Shown: positions 18,712 through 29,100 of the stretch, one piece after another
How positions within the stretch are numbered: the stretch's first letter is position 1
How the letters are laid out: the number at the start of each line of letters is the position of its first letter
NCBI GenBank assembly: GCA_964510945.1
Contig: CAZEED010000001.1
Location: forward strand, 98,774-162,773
Length of the DNA stretch: 64,000 nucleotides
Source: an uncultured Candidatus Saccharibacteria bacterium
Lineage (GTDB): Bacteria; Patescibacteriota; Saccharimonadia; Saccharimonadales; JAGQNJ01
Direction: 5' to 3'
Notes under the pieces: model-generated
The model's input: the letters and a program-made list of their open reading frames with translations, nothing else
Told to the model about the DNA's origin: nothing
Databases searched by the model: none
Made by a program: the position numbers and the translations under genes

Positions 18712-19992
18712 ATGCAAGTAAAAAGACAAAATATCACTGATACAAAATTAACACTGACGGTTTCGGCTGATCCTAAAGATCTTGAGACAATTAAACAGAT
18801 TACACTCGAAAGACTTCGATCATCCGTAAAGCTACCAGGTTTTCGTGAAGGAAAAGTTCCTATCAATCTAGTCGAGAAAAACGTTGATCAGCAGACTTTA
18901 CAGACAGAGTTTATGGATGAAGCGCTAAATCAGTTGTATCCGCAGGCTGCGAAAAACGAAAAAATTCGACCTGTCGATAGACCCAAGATATCTATTAAAA
19001 AGTTCGTACCGTATGCAGACTTAGAATTCGAAGCAGAAGTTGAGATATTAGGACCAATAAAGCTCGCTAATTACAAAACCATAAAAAAACCTCTAAATAA
19101 AGTGTCTGTAACGGATAAAGAAGTTGACGATGTGTTGGATAATTTAGCTATAAGACAATCTAATAAAACTGAAGTTAAACGATTAGCAAAAAATTCTGAT
19201 GAAGTTTGGATTGATTTTAGTGGAGTCGACTCAAAAAACCAGCCCATTCCTGGTGCAGACGGTAAAGACTATCCTTTAGTACTTGGCAGTAAAACGTTTA
19301 TTCCTGGTTTTGAAGAAAAGTTAGTTGGTAAAAAAGCCAAAGATGAAGTCACATTTACACTGACATTTCCTAAAGACTATGGTGCAAAAAAACTTGCCGG
19401 TCAAAAAGTCACATTTACAGTGACCGTTAAAAAAGTCGAAGAAGTTACAAAACCCAAGATTGACGATGATTTTGCAAAAAACGCCGGACCATTCAAAAAC
19501 CTCGCAGGGCTAAAATCTGACATTAAAGCCCAGCTGTTGGCTGAAAAGCAAAAACAGGTGTTGCAGCAACAAGAATCAGATATTATTCGTGAAGTTACTG
19601 AAAAATCGACTGTTTCTATACCAGATTCACTTGTTACTGATCAAGTTGAACGACTGCTTCAAGATTTTAAACAAGATCTTACTTATCGTGGTTTAACCTA
19701 TCCAGAGTTTTTAAAACAAGAAGGTTTTACTAAAGAATCGTATAAAGAAGAAGTATTACTCCCTGAAGCGAAGAGTAGAGTTAAAGCTGGACTAGTATTG
19801 GCAGAAATAGCTGAAAAAGAAAGTATAAGTGTGTCGTCTGATGAGGTTGACGCAAGGATCCAGACTTTAAAAGCTCAATATACTGATCCAAAAATGCACG
19901 AAGAACTAGATAAAGAAGATTCAAAACGAGATATTTCGTCTAGGTTAATGACTGAAAAAACTATCAACCAATTAGTTAGCTATTCAAAATAA
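18712..19992 (+). CDS. tig: Trigger factor
   Basis: 426 aa; ribosome-binding signature GFREGKVP, central FKBP-like region, C-terminal arm domain; tig-clpP linkage. Confidence 0.92.
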   Translation: MQVKRQNITDTKLTLTVSADPKDLETIKQITLERLRSSVKLPGFREGKVPINLVEKNVDQQTLQTEFMDEALNQLYPQAAKNEKIRPVDRPKISIKKFVPYADLEFEAEVEILGPIKLANYKTIKKPLNKVSVTDKEVDDVLDNLAIRQSNKTEVKRLAKNSDEVWIDFSGVDSKNQPIPGADGKDYPLVLGSKTFIPGFEEKLVGKKAKDEVTFTLTFPKDYGAKKLAGQKVTFTVTVKKVEEVTKPKIDDDFAKNAGPFKNLAGLKSDIKAQLLAEKQKQVLQQQESDIIREVTEKSTVSIPDSLVTDQVERLLQDFKQDLTYRGLTYPEFLKQEGFTKESYKEEVLLPEAKSRVKAGLVLAEIAEKESISVSSDEVDARIQTLKAQYTDPKMHEELDKEDSKRDISSRLMTEKTINQLVSYSK

Positions 19993-19995
19993 ATA

Positions 19996-20024
19996 TTGAC
20001 AAAACCACCCTTAACTTATACAAT
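19996..20024 (+). promoter_or_regulatory. Consensus promoter TTGACA-17 nt-TACAAT placed for a leaderless transcript
   Basis: TTGACA 19996-20001, 17-nt spacer, TACAAT 20019-20024, then 6 nt to ATG 20031. Confidence 0.6.
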
Positions 20025-20030
20025 AGTGTG

Positions 20031-20408
20031 ATGTCAAGGAAACCCGAATTAAACTTTGAAGACGTTCGTTCAAATGAAGATTTAGTGAATCTAGGTGTTG
20101 AGCTAGAAAGAAGATACCCTGAGCTTGAACTTGGAATTCTAACAGTCATGTCAAGATACATTGATACACAAAGAGGACCGAATGATGTTGATAACGCAGT
20201 TAACGGATTAAAAAGTTTGGTTATGAGCGGCATCGATCATAGCGACATGACTGAACAAGTAGTACAACCTCATGGTAGCGCACTTACCTCAACTACGTAC
20301 AGAAGGCTCGAAAGACGAGGAATCCTACCTGCTTTTCGGGTTGACGTATCGAAGTCGTCAGCACCAGATCATGGGGTCATTGGAAAGATCTTAACACGTA
20401 AAAACTAG
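20031..20408 (+). CDS. Hypothetical protein (orphan between tig and clpP)
   Basis: 125-aa ORF, no recognisable motif, own promoter, no Shine-Dalgarno. Confidence 0.45.
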   Translation: MSRKPELNFEDVRSNEDLVNLGVELERRYPELELGILTVMSRYIDTQRGPNDVDNAVNGLKSLVMSGIDHSDMTEQVVQPHGSALTSTTYRRLERRGILPAFRVDVSKSSAPDHGVIGKILTRKN

Positions 20409-20431
20409 CACTCTTGACACGAGAGTGCCAA
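20405..20431 (+). promoter_or_regulatory. CIRCE-like operator upstream of clpP
   Basis: CTAGCACTC-N9-GAGTGCCAA (16/18 to consensus); spacer again begins TTGACA (20414-20419). Confidence 0.65.
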
Positions 20432-20470
20432 TTAATGTATTCTATTTGTACAATAAAAGGAGAGAAAATA

Positions 20471-21070
20471 ATGTCCACGAAAGCATCATCAGTATTAATC
20501 CCGACAGTTATTGAATCAGATGGTAGAGTTGAACGGGCTTATGATATATATTCGCGTTTACTCAAAGATCGAATTATATTTTTAGGCACAGACGTTAACG
20601 AGCACACTGCTAATTTAATTGTTGCTCAATTGCTGTTTCTTGAGTCTGAAGACCCAAAGAAAGATATTAAGCTATATATCAATAGTCCAGGTGGTAGTGT
20701 TTATGACGCTCTGGCAATTTATGACACTATGCAGTTTGTAAAAAACGACATAGAGACGGTTGGAATCGGTATCCAAGCTAGTGCAGCGGCATTTTTATTA
20801 AGCTCTGGAACTAAAGGTAAGCGGTTTTTGCTAAAAAACGCCACGGCAATGATCCATCAGCCTTCAGCAGGTACTCGTGGCAAGGTTACTGATATGGAGA
20901 TTGACCTTAAAGAAGGTATAAGAATTAAGCATAAATTAAACGAAATTATGGCCAAAAATACCGGTAAACCTATCAAGCAAGTCGAAAAAGACATGGACCG
21001 AGATTATTGGATGACATCTGATGAAGCAGTAAAATACGGCCTAGCCGACAAAGTCATCACCAACCGCTAA
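20471..21070 (+). CDS. clpP: ATP-dependent Clp protease proteolytic subunit ClpP
   Basis: ORF 20414-21070; start moved to ATG 20471 behind AAAGGAGAG. Catalytic Ser context [37 protein letters not shown]. Confidence 0.93.
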   Translation: MSTKASSVLIPTVIESDGRVERAYDIYSRLLKDRIIFLGTDVNEHTANLIVAQLLFLESEDPKKDIKLYINSPGGSVYDALAIYDTMQFVKNDIETVGIGIQASAAAFLLSSGTKGKRFLLKNATAMIHQPSAGTRGKVTDMEIDLKEGIRIKHKLNEIMAKNTGKPIKQVEKDMDRDYWMTSDEAVKYGLADKVITNR

Positions 21071-21082
21071 AATACCCACTTT

Positions 21083-21682
21083 ATGAGTACATTGCAAAAT
21101 CGATCTGAAAAATATTTAGTATCAGTTGCCGAAGCGACTCAATGGATTGTTGAAATGGGTTTACCGGAAGAACATATACCCCAATACAATTCTTTAAATA
21201 GATTGTATTGGGGTGGACATTTTGGTCAGGCAGTAATAGTTCTCGCTAACCAAGAGCCAGTAAATCGCAGTATGGATCTAGGTCTAATCTATGCCGCAGT
21301 AAGTGCTCGTAACTCTTGCAGCTATTTGGGGACACCAATTAAATCTCGACAAGATCAATTCGCTAAATCGTATAGTAAATTCGGTAAAGCATGGGCAGCT
21401 GCAGATAATAGGTTCCAGAAGGGATTAGAGCCCAGTATGATGGGTGCGTTAGCATTTGTGTTCGCTCCATCAAAGAGCGAATTAAGTTCTCCAATACCTG
21501 GTGGTGTACTTATCGCGGCACATCCCTCAAATTCTGAATATTTGCCGGATTTCTGCGGATTGTATGGGTGGGATACTAATAGATATGCGCCTTTTGAGGA
21601 TGAAGATCATAAAGTCGGCGCAGCAGAAGACCATTACCCTAATAGACTCGGATTCCTATTACCTGAAGTTCAGCCAAACTAG
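21083..21682 (+). CDS. Hypothetical protein (cargo between clpP and the clpP 3' relic)
   Basis: 199-aa ORF; Trp/Gly-rich, no recognised family. Confidence 0.45.
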   Translation: MSTLQNRSEKYLVSVAEATQWIVEMGLPEEHIPQYNSLNRLYWGGHFGQAVIVLANQEPVNRSMDLGLIYAAVSARNSCSYLGTPIKSRQDQFAKSYSKFGKAWAAADNRFQKGLEPSMMGALAFVFAPSKSELSSPIPGGVLIAAHPSNSEYLPDFCGLYGWDTNRYAPFEDEDHKVGAAEDHYPNRLGFLLPEVQPN

Positions 21683-21702
21683 TCTTGGATCAATAAATCT
21701 AT

Positions 21703-21786
21703 GAAGACACGGATAGGGATTACTGGATGACTTCGGACGAAGCAGTAAAATACGGTCTAGCCGACAAAGTCATCACAAACCGTTAG
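21703..21786 (+). pseudogene. Relic second copy of the clpP 3' end (last 27 codons plus stop)
   Basis: Aligns with 20988-21070 (13 mismatches in 83 nt by my count). Encodes [27 protein letters not shown] versus [27 protein letters not shown]. An in-frame TAA lies immediately upstream and there is no start. Confidence 0.8.
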
Positions 21787-21824
21787 TACTTGCTAATTTT
21801 GAATATCGAGAATACAGTTTTAAT

Positions 21825-22457
21825 ATGGCGAAACTAGAACAGATAACTGCACATCGAGCTACTACACAATTAATGCCAGTGCGTCGGTTCGTCGAAAGAC
21901 ATAGATTTGATTTATCAAGAAATGCACCAGCTACACTTGATCGTTTCGGATCATTTTTCTCAACCGTTGTTAATGTGGGTAGATACGCAATCGATCCGTC
22001 AATCTTACAGTTTTTAGTCAGAGAAGATAAAACAAACCGCATGATGGGATTTGCAACTATAATTCCTAACATTGTTGTTGAGCCGCCGGTAGGAGCAGCT
22101 GTTACAGGAAATTATCTTGATTACGTTCTCTCTGACTCGGTATCAGAGTCAATTCACGAGTCTGTTTCTAAGGCTTTACTTAGACGGAACGAAAAGTATG
22201 AACTAAAATATCATGGCATATCAGAGTCTAGATTTGTCGGAGAAGAAACGTATGCTCAAGTGAATACTATTGCAGTTAATCGGTTCCCTGAAAGAGATAG
22301 GTATGACATACCCAACAGGGGTTTAATCCGAATGATTCCACCCCTAACGGGGGTAGTTTCGCTTGAATCACCACAAGTTACTGGTCTTGAAACGCAAGGA
22401 TTCGTTCCTTCAGATCAGGTTGTGTTTCACTATATGTCAAACCGAGCAGTCAGTTAG
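21825..22457 (+). CDS. Hypothetical protein
   Basis: 210-aa ORF; no recognised motif. Confidence 0.45.
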   Translation: MAKLEQITAHRATTQLMPVRRFVERHRFDLSRNAPATLDRFGSFFSTVVNVGRYAIDPSILQFLVREDKTNRMMGFATIIPNIVVEPPVGAAVTGNYLDYVLSDSVSESIHESVSKALLRRNEKYELKYHGISESRFVGEETYAQVNTIAVNRFPERDRYDIPNRGLIRMIPPLTGVVSLESPQVTGLETQGFVPSDQVVFHYMSNRAVS

Positions 22458-22631
22458 TTTAGCATTTCCTACTACAATAAGCGCTTGACATAATTAAATT
22501 GTTATATAAACTATGATTCAAGAAGTAGGGTAAGCGGGCCTTGCTATGATTTATCAAAAAATTGTGTGAGCTACCCCTTAGAGATCTTCGTTCAAAATCA
22601 ATCTAACAGATTCAAGGAGAACTTGCTCTAT

Positions 22632-25600
22632 ATGGCAAAGTCGCTAACGCTCACGTCTGGTAAACGGCAATATTTCACAAAAACAGAAAACATCTTAGAT
22701 CTACCAAATTTAGTTGACCACCAAAACAAATCTTTTCAATGGTTCATCGAAGAAGGCCTCGGCGAATTACTAGCAGAAGTTAGTCCAATCGAAGACTACA
22801 CAGGCACAAAATTATCACTAAGCTTCAAAGACTATCGATTCGAAAAGCCAAAACTAACAGAACAAGAAGCTCGCGAGAATAACGTAAGTTTTGACGCGCC
22901 TCTTAAAGCGACAGTTGTTCTTACTAATAAAGTTACCGGTGAAGTTAAAAAACAAGAGATTTATCTTGGCGATTATCCATGTATGACCTCACGGGGAACT
23001 TTTGTGATTAATGGCGCAGAACGTGTTGTAGTAAGCCAGCTTATTAGATCAGCTGGCGTTTTCTTTACTAGCGAACAAAGCGCAGGGAAGAATTTGTACG
23101 GAGCCAAGGTTATTCCCGGACGAGGTGCGTGGCTAGAATTTGAGACATCCGCCAAAGGCGCAATGTTTGTAAAAATTGATCGAAAACGAAAAATTCCTGT
23201 TACTACACTGCTTAGAGCATTAGGTGTTTCTGATGCCAAGATGAAAGAAGAATTTGCTCATGTTGATCAAGGTAGTGAAAGTTACATTGACATGACTCTT
23301 GATAAAGATCCGGCTCGAGGCACAAATGAAGCCTTAATTGAAGTCTACAGACGTCTTCGACCAGGGGATCTTGCTACAGTTGATAACGCTCGTAGCTTGC
23401 TTGAAAACATGTTCTATAACTTTAAACGTTTTGATTTTAGTCGTGTCGGAAGATACAAAATCAACAAACGCTTAGATATCGATCTACCAAATACTATCGA
23501 AAACCGAGTGATGAGATTAGAAGACCTCATCGCAATTATTGCTGAAATTATTCGACTTAATAATACACAAGAACCGGCTGATGACATTGACTCGCTTGCA
23601 AATAGGCGAGTCAAATTAGTTGGAGAGCTTGTTCAGCGTCAGTTCCGTATCGGATTACTTCGAATGGAGAGAAACACTAAAGACCGAATGTCGATGAGTG
23701 AGATTGAGACAGTTACACCAGGTCAACTGATTAACGCACGTCCAGTTGTTGCTGCGGTTAGAGAATTCTTCGCTAGTTCGCAGTTATCTCAGTTTATGGA
23801 TCAGATTAACCCGTTGTCAGAGCTTGCACACAAAAGACGATTGAGCTCAATGGGCCCGGGTGGATTATCAAGAGAGCGAGCCGGCTTTGAGGTTAGAGAT
23901 GCGCACGCTACACACTATGGCCGTATTTGCGCGGTTGAAACACCTGAAGGTGCCAATATTGGTTTAGTGTTAAACATGGCAACTTATGCTCGAATTAATG
24001 ATTACGGATTTATTGAAACGCCTTATCGAAAAGTAACTAACGCTGTAACAGCCAAAAAAGCTGCCGGACACATTGCCGCAGTAAACCTAGAAAATGAAAA
24101 AGGCGCAGTAATCGTTAAAGCAGGTGAAAAAATCTCAGATGCTCAGGCTAAAAAACTCGAAGCCGTTAAAAAACAAGTTACTTGGCCGATAAAAGCCAAA
24201 GCAACCGATGAAATAATATATTTAGATGCCTTCGAAGAAGGAAAAGCCGTTATTGCCAGTGCTGGAGAAACAATTGATGACGACGGTTATTTCGTTAATG
24301 ATCGTGTTTCTGCTCGAATCCGACTAAAAACTGGTGAGATCGACGCTAACGAAGTTACTCATATGGATGCTTCTAGACGTCAGATCATTGGATCAAGTGC
24401 GGGATTGATTCCATTCATTGAGAAAAACTATGTTTATAGGAGTTTGATGGGAAGCAACCAGCAACGTCAAGCAGTACCGCTAATTAATCCACAATCTCCA
24501 ATTGTTGGAACTGGTCTAGAATCGACTGTAGCTGAAAATACTGGACAACTAATTGTTGCCGAGGAAAATGGAGAAATCATCAAAGCCGAAGCTGATGAAG
24601 TTGTAATTAAATACAATAAATTAGGTAAGAGAAGCTACTATCCACAACATTTTGTACGAAGTAACGAAGGAAGTTGTATTAATCAAAAGGTCGTGGTAAA
24701 TACTGGCGATAAAGTTAAAGCCGGTACACCGCTTATTGAGGGAATGTCTATTCAAGGTGGAGAGTTAGCGTTAGGAAAAGACCTAATCGTGGCATTTATG
24801 CCATGGAAAGGCTATAACTTTGAAGACGCTGTAATTATCTCTAGAAAACTTGTTGAAGATGATACTTTGACATCAATTCATATCGTCGACTTTATGACTG
24901 AAGTTAGAGAGACAAAACTTGGACCAGAAATCGTTACAAGAGATATTCCGAACGTCTCAGAAGAAGCATTAAGGCACCTTGATGATGACGGAATAGTGCG
25001 GATTGGTGCAGAAGTACATCCTGGGGATATTTTAGTAGGAAAGATTACACCAAAGGGTGAGCAAGAGCTGTCAAGCGAAGAACGACTTCTTCGAGCAATC
25101 TTTGGTGAAAAAGCTAAAGATGTTAGAGATACATCACAGCGCATGAGTAACGGTAAACACGGAAAAGTTGTTGGAGTCAAAGTATTCTCTAGAGAAAATG
25201 GTCATGAACTAAAAGCCGGTGTCATCATGCAGATTCAAGTCTTTGTGGCACAAATGCGCAAGATCGCTGTAGGTGATAAATTAGGTGGTCGACACGGTAA
25301 CAAGGGTGTAATCGCCCGAATACTTCCAGTTGAAGATATGCCATTTATGGAAGACGGAACGCCTGTAGACATCATCCTAAACCCTCTAGGTGTGCCGAGT
25401 CGTATGAACATTGGACAATTATTTGAGACTCACTTAGGTATGGCTGCGCACGCTTTAGGCTTTAAAGTTGCTACTCCACCATTTAATGGCGTGCCTCTAG
25501 AAAAGATCCGTAGCCTCCTTAAAGAAGCGGGACTTCCTGAAACAGGCAAACAACAGTTATATGATGGAAGAACTGGCGATAGATTTACAGAATTAACTAC

Positions 25601-26171
25601 TGTTGGTTCAATGTACATGATCAAACTAAATCACATGATTGTAGATAAAATCCATGCTCGTTCAACCGGACCATACACAATGGTTACACAACAACCTTTG
25701 GGTGGTAAAGCTCAGAATGGTGGTCAAAGATTTGGAGAAATGGAAGTATGGGCTTTAGAGGCTTACGGCGCCGCCCACACTCTACAAGAGATGCTAACTA
25801 TTAAGTCTGACGATGTTTACGGACGTTCAAAAGCTTACGAGTCAATTATTAAAGGAACAGAAATTGTTGGACCGAAGGTCCCTGAAAGCTTTAACGTTCT
25901 TGTTAAAGAACTTCAAGGACTAGGACTAAAAGTTGATCTGTTTACTAAAGAAAAAGCCATCGATGCTGAAGATATTCTGTCAGAAAATATCAAAACTGAA
26001 GGAAGTCATCCTTCTGATATAGATGTACCTCAGCCTGAAGCATCAGAAGTTGACGTTACAGAAGACGTAACAATAGATGAATTTGACGTAATGGATATCG
26101 ACAGTACGGCTCCGGAGAATGAAGTTACACTGGATGCACCTATCGACGGAAAGGAGATGGAAAATGCGTAG
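22632..26171 (+). CDS. rpoB: DNA-directed RNA polymerase subunit beta
   Basis: ORF 22566-26171; start placed at ATG 22632 behind AAGGAGA. Motifs GDKLGGRHGNKGV, NPLGVPSRMNIGQ; acidic C-terminal tail. Confidence 0.96.
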   Translation: MAKSLTLTSGKRQYFTKTENILDLPNLVDHQNKSFQWFIEEGLGELLAEVSPIEDYTGTKLSLSFKDYRFEKPKLTEQEARENNVSFDAPLKATVVLTNKVTGEVKKQEIYLGDYPCMTSRGTFVINGAERVVVSQLIRSAGVFFTSEQSAGKNLYGAKVIPGRGAWLEFETSAKGAMFVKIDRKRKIPVTTLLRALGVSDAKMKEEFAHVDQGSESYIDMTLDKDPARGTNEALIEVYRRLRPGDLATVDNARSLLENMFYNFKRFDFSRVGRYKINKRLDIDLPNTIENRVMRLEDLIAIIAEIIRLNNTQEPADDIDSLANRRVKLVGELVQRQFRIGLLRMERNTKDRMSMSEIETVTPGQLINARPVVAAVREFFASSQLSQFMDQINPLSELAHKRRLSSMGPGGLSRERAGFEVRDAHATHYGRICAVETPEGANIGLVLNMATYARINDYGFIETPYRKVTNAVTAKKAAGHIAAVNLENEKGAVIVKAGEKISDAQAKKLEAVKKQVTWPIKAKATDEIIYLDAFEEGKAVIASAGETIDDDGYFVNDRVSARIRLKTGEIDANEVTHMDASRRQIIGSSAGLIPFIEKNYVYRSLMGSNQQRQAVPLINPQSPIVGTGLESTVAENTGQLIVAEENGEIIKAEADEVVIKYNKLGKRSYYPQHFVRSNEGSCINQKVVVNTGDKVKAGTPLIEGMSIQGGELALGKDLIVAFMPWKGYNFEDAVIISRKLVEDDTLTSIHIVDFMTEVRETKLGPEIVTRDIPNVSEEALRHLDDDGIVRIGAEVHPGDILVGKITPKGEQELSSEERLLRAIFGEKAKDVRDTSQRMSNGKHGKVVGVKVFSRENGHELKAGVIMQIQVFVAQMRKIAVGDKLGGRHGNKGVIARILPVEDMPFMEDGTPVDIILNPLGVPSRMNIGQLFETHLGMAAHALGFKVATPPFNGVPLEKIRSLLKEAGLPETGKQQLYDGRTGDRFTELTTVGSMYMIKLNHMIVDKIHARSTGPYTMVTQQPLGGKAQNGGQRFGEMEVWALEAYGAAHTLQEMLTIKSDDVYGRSKAYESIIKGTEIVGPKVPESFNVLVKELQGLGLKVDLFTKEKAIDAEDILSENIKTEGSHPSDIDVPQPEASEVDVTEDVTIDEFDVMDIDSTAPENEVTLDAPIDGKEMENA

Positions 26172-29100
26172 ATATTCACATGGACCTGACATAACAGATT
26201 TTGATGCAGTGAGACTTGCAGTTGCAAGTTCAGCTGATATTTCAGACTGGTCATACGGAGAGGTTACAAAACCAGAGACTATAAACTACCGAACTCAAAA
26301 ACCAGAACGAGATGGACTGTTTTGTGAAAGGATCTTTGGACCAGTTAAAGATATCAATCCACATGACGCTAAATATAAAGGCGTTAGATCAAGAGAAGCT
26401 GCAGTTGATAAAAAAGGTGAGATCGTTACTCGTAGTATTGTGCGACGTGAAAGAATGGGCCATATTCAACTTGCATCACCAGTTGCACATATTTGGTTCT
26501 TACGAGGCACACCATCAGCGATGGGGCTACTACTTGGCTTGACTGTAAAAAATCTTGAGCGTGTTGCCTACTTCGCTAGTTACATCATTAAAAAAGTCGA
26601 CGTTAAGAAGCGCGATCAACTACTAACTGATAGAGAAGCGCAGACTGATGCAGCAAAACAAGCTATTGACGCCAGATATGAGGCTGAAGCTAAAAAAGAC
26701 GATGCCAATATTAAAGCACTTGCCGAAATGCGTACTAAAGAGCTTGAAGAGTTGGTTAACGAGTTTAACGAGTTTAAAGAACAAATTGATATGTTAGTCG
26801 AATACGGCCTTATCAACGAAGGTGACTATCAAAACCTTCCGGATAATTTGAAAGAAATCATCGAAGTTGGTATGGGCGGTAACGCTTTGAAACAAATGCT
26901 AGACGAGATTGAACTTGAAGATCTAATTAAACAACTCAATGAAGAAGCTGAAGGCGCAAAAGGCCAACGTAAGAAAAAACTACTAAAACGTCTAAGATTA
27001 CTCGAGAGCATGAATAGAGCTGGTATAAAGCCTAACTCTATGTGTTTACAAGTTTTGCCAGTTATACCTCCAGACCTTCGTCCAATGGTTCAGTTGACTG
27101 GCGGTAGGTTTGCTACATCAGACCTAAACGATCTTTACAGACGTGTTATCAACCGAAATAATCGATTGAAAAAACTAATTGACCTAAATGCTCCAGAAGT
27201 TATTTGCCGTAACGAGCAGAGAATGCTTCAAGAAGCTGTCGACGCACTAATTGATAACGGCAATGCCCGCTCTGGACGTGCAGTAGCAGCATCCGGTCAA
27301 CGACGACGCCTAAAGTCACTTAGCGATATGCTTAAGGGTAAACAAGGACGTTTCCGTCAAAACTTGCTTGGTAAACGTGTAGATTATTCTGGTCGTTCAG
27401 TCATTGTATCTGGACCAGAGCTTAAGATTGACCAATGTGGACTGCCGAAGATGATGGCTCTAGAATTGTTCAAACCATTTGTAATAGGGTCGTTAATAGA
27501 AAACGATTACGCGCACAACATTAGAAGTGCGACAAGAATGATTGAGCTAGGCGAAACACCAGTTTGGGATGCACTAGATGAGGTTATTAAAGAAAAATAT
27601 GTATTGCTAAACCGTGCTCCAAGTCTTCACAGATTAAGTATCCAGTCGTTTAAGCCGATTCTTATTGAAGGTAAAGCTATTCAGCTTCACCCACTAGTTT
27701 GTAGAGGTTTTAACGCTGACTTCGATGGAGACCAAATGGCTGTACATTTGCCGTTATCTGATGCTTCACAAAAAGAAGCTAAAGAAATAATGGCTGCAAA
27801 TAAAAACCTATTGAAGCCAGCAGATGGTTCACCGATACTACACATAGAACAAGATATTGTGCTTGGATGTTACTACTTGACATATATAAAGCCAGGTAGC
27901 GAGACTAAACCAAGAGCCTTTAAATCCCTAGAAGAAGCGATGATGGCTTATGATTGCGAGTATATCAAGCTTCAATCCGCTGTACGTGTTCCATTTAGAG
28001 GTAAAGTACAAGAAACTACATTAGGTAGACTACTCTTCAACGAGATCTTCCCAGAGGATTTTGAATTTCACAATACTACAATGACCAAAAAACTTTTAGG
28101 ACAGGTTATGTCTGAAGTTTACGAGAAGTATGGTCAAGACGTAACTGCTGAAATTGCAGATGACTTAAAAGATATTGGATTCGAATATGCGACAGTTTCT
28201 GGTCTGTCTCTCGGAATCTCAGATTTTAGCGATATTGTTGGGCTAGATAAGAAACTAAGTGAAGGTGAAACAAAATCTGCAGATATTAGCACACAATACA
28301 ATGAAGGGTTCATTACAGATGATGAGCGCTATAGACTAACTGTGAATAACTGGAAAACAATTGATTCTGACATTCAAGAAATGCTAACCAAACAATTTAC
28401 ACAAGAAGACAGTGCCATGGCTACAGCTGTGACATCTGGAGCTAGAGGTAATATTGGACAGGTTAAAACTGCTGTTGGAATGCTTGGAATTACTCAGGAT
28501 ACTACTGGACGAGCTATTGAGCTTCCAATTAGATCTAGCTACAAAAAAGGTCTAAATCCATTGGAATACTTTACCGCGACACGTGGTGCTCGAAAGCAAA
28601 TGATTGATACAGCCCTAAAAACCGCTGACTCAGGATATTTGACTCGACGTTTAGTAGACGTGAGTCAAGATGTATTTACCGATGATGAAGAGGCGCCAGA
28701 TCCTGGCTTCCCAGTTTATAGGTCTGATTCGATTGAAATTGGCGTAACCCTTGGTTCTCGACTTGAAGGCCGATTTGCGGCTGAGACAGTCAAGCCACAT
28801 ATTAAAAAGGGTGAACTGATAACTAGAGCCATTGCTGAGATGATCGATAAAGACTTGAGTATTGAATCAGTTAAGATTATGAGCGTTCTAAGTTGTAGTA
28901 GCCCTCGCGGTATTAGCCGAAAATCTTATGGTATTGACCCAGCTACTGGTAACCTTGTCAGTGCGTACTATCCTGTTGGGGTAGTAGCAGCGCAAAGTAT
29001 TGGTGAACCGGGTACACAGTTGACTCTAAGAAGTTATCACGCTGGTGGACAATCGGTTGAAGATATAACAACTGGTCTGCCGCGTGTTGAAGAACTTTTC

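Noticed and set aside
21501-21704. 67-aa ORF overlapping the 3' end of the 199-aa orphan gene
   Set aside because: It lies in an alternative frame of a longer ORF, has no start context, and ends in the spacer.
22485-22513. TTGACA box upstream of rpoB as a promoter
   Set aside because: The only A/T-rich -10 candidates (TATATA, TATAAA) lie 12-14 nt from the -35 box, which is too short a spacer to call with confidence.
22566-22631. N-terminal extensions suggested by the ORF track for rpoB (GTG 22566), rpoC (26119), clpP (20414), rpsJ (37367), rpsC (41798), rpsH (44774) and nusA (2688)
   Set aside because: In each case an internal ATG preceded by a good SD aligns with the conserved protein N-terminus. 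The upstream part overlaps the preceding gene or a regulatory site.
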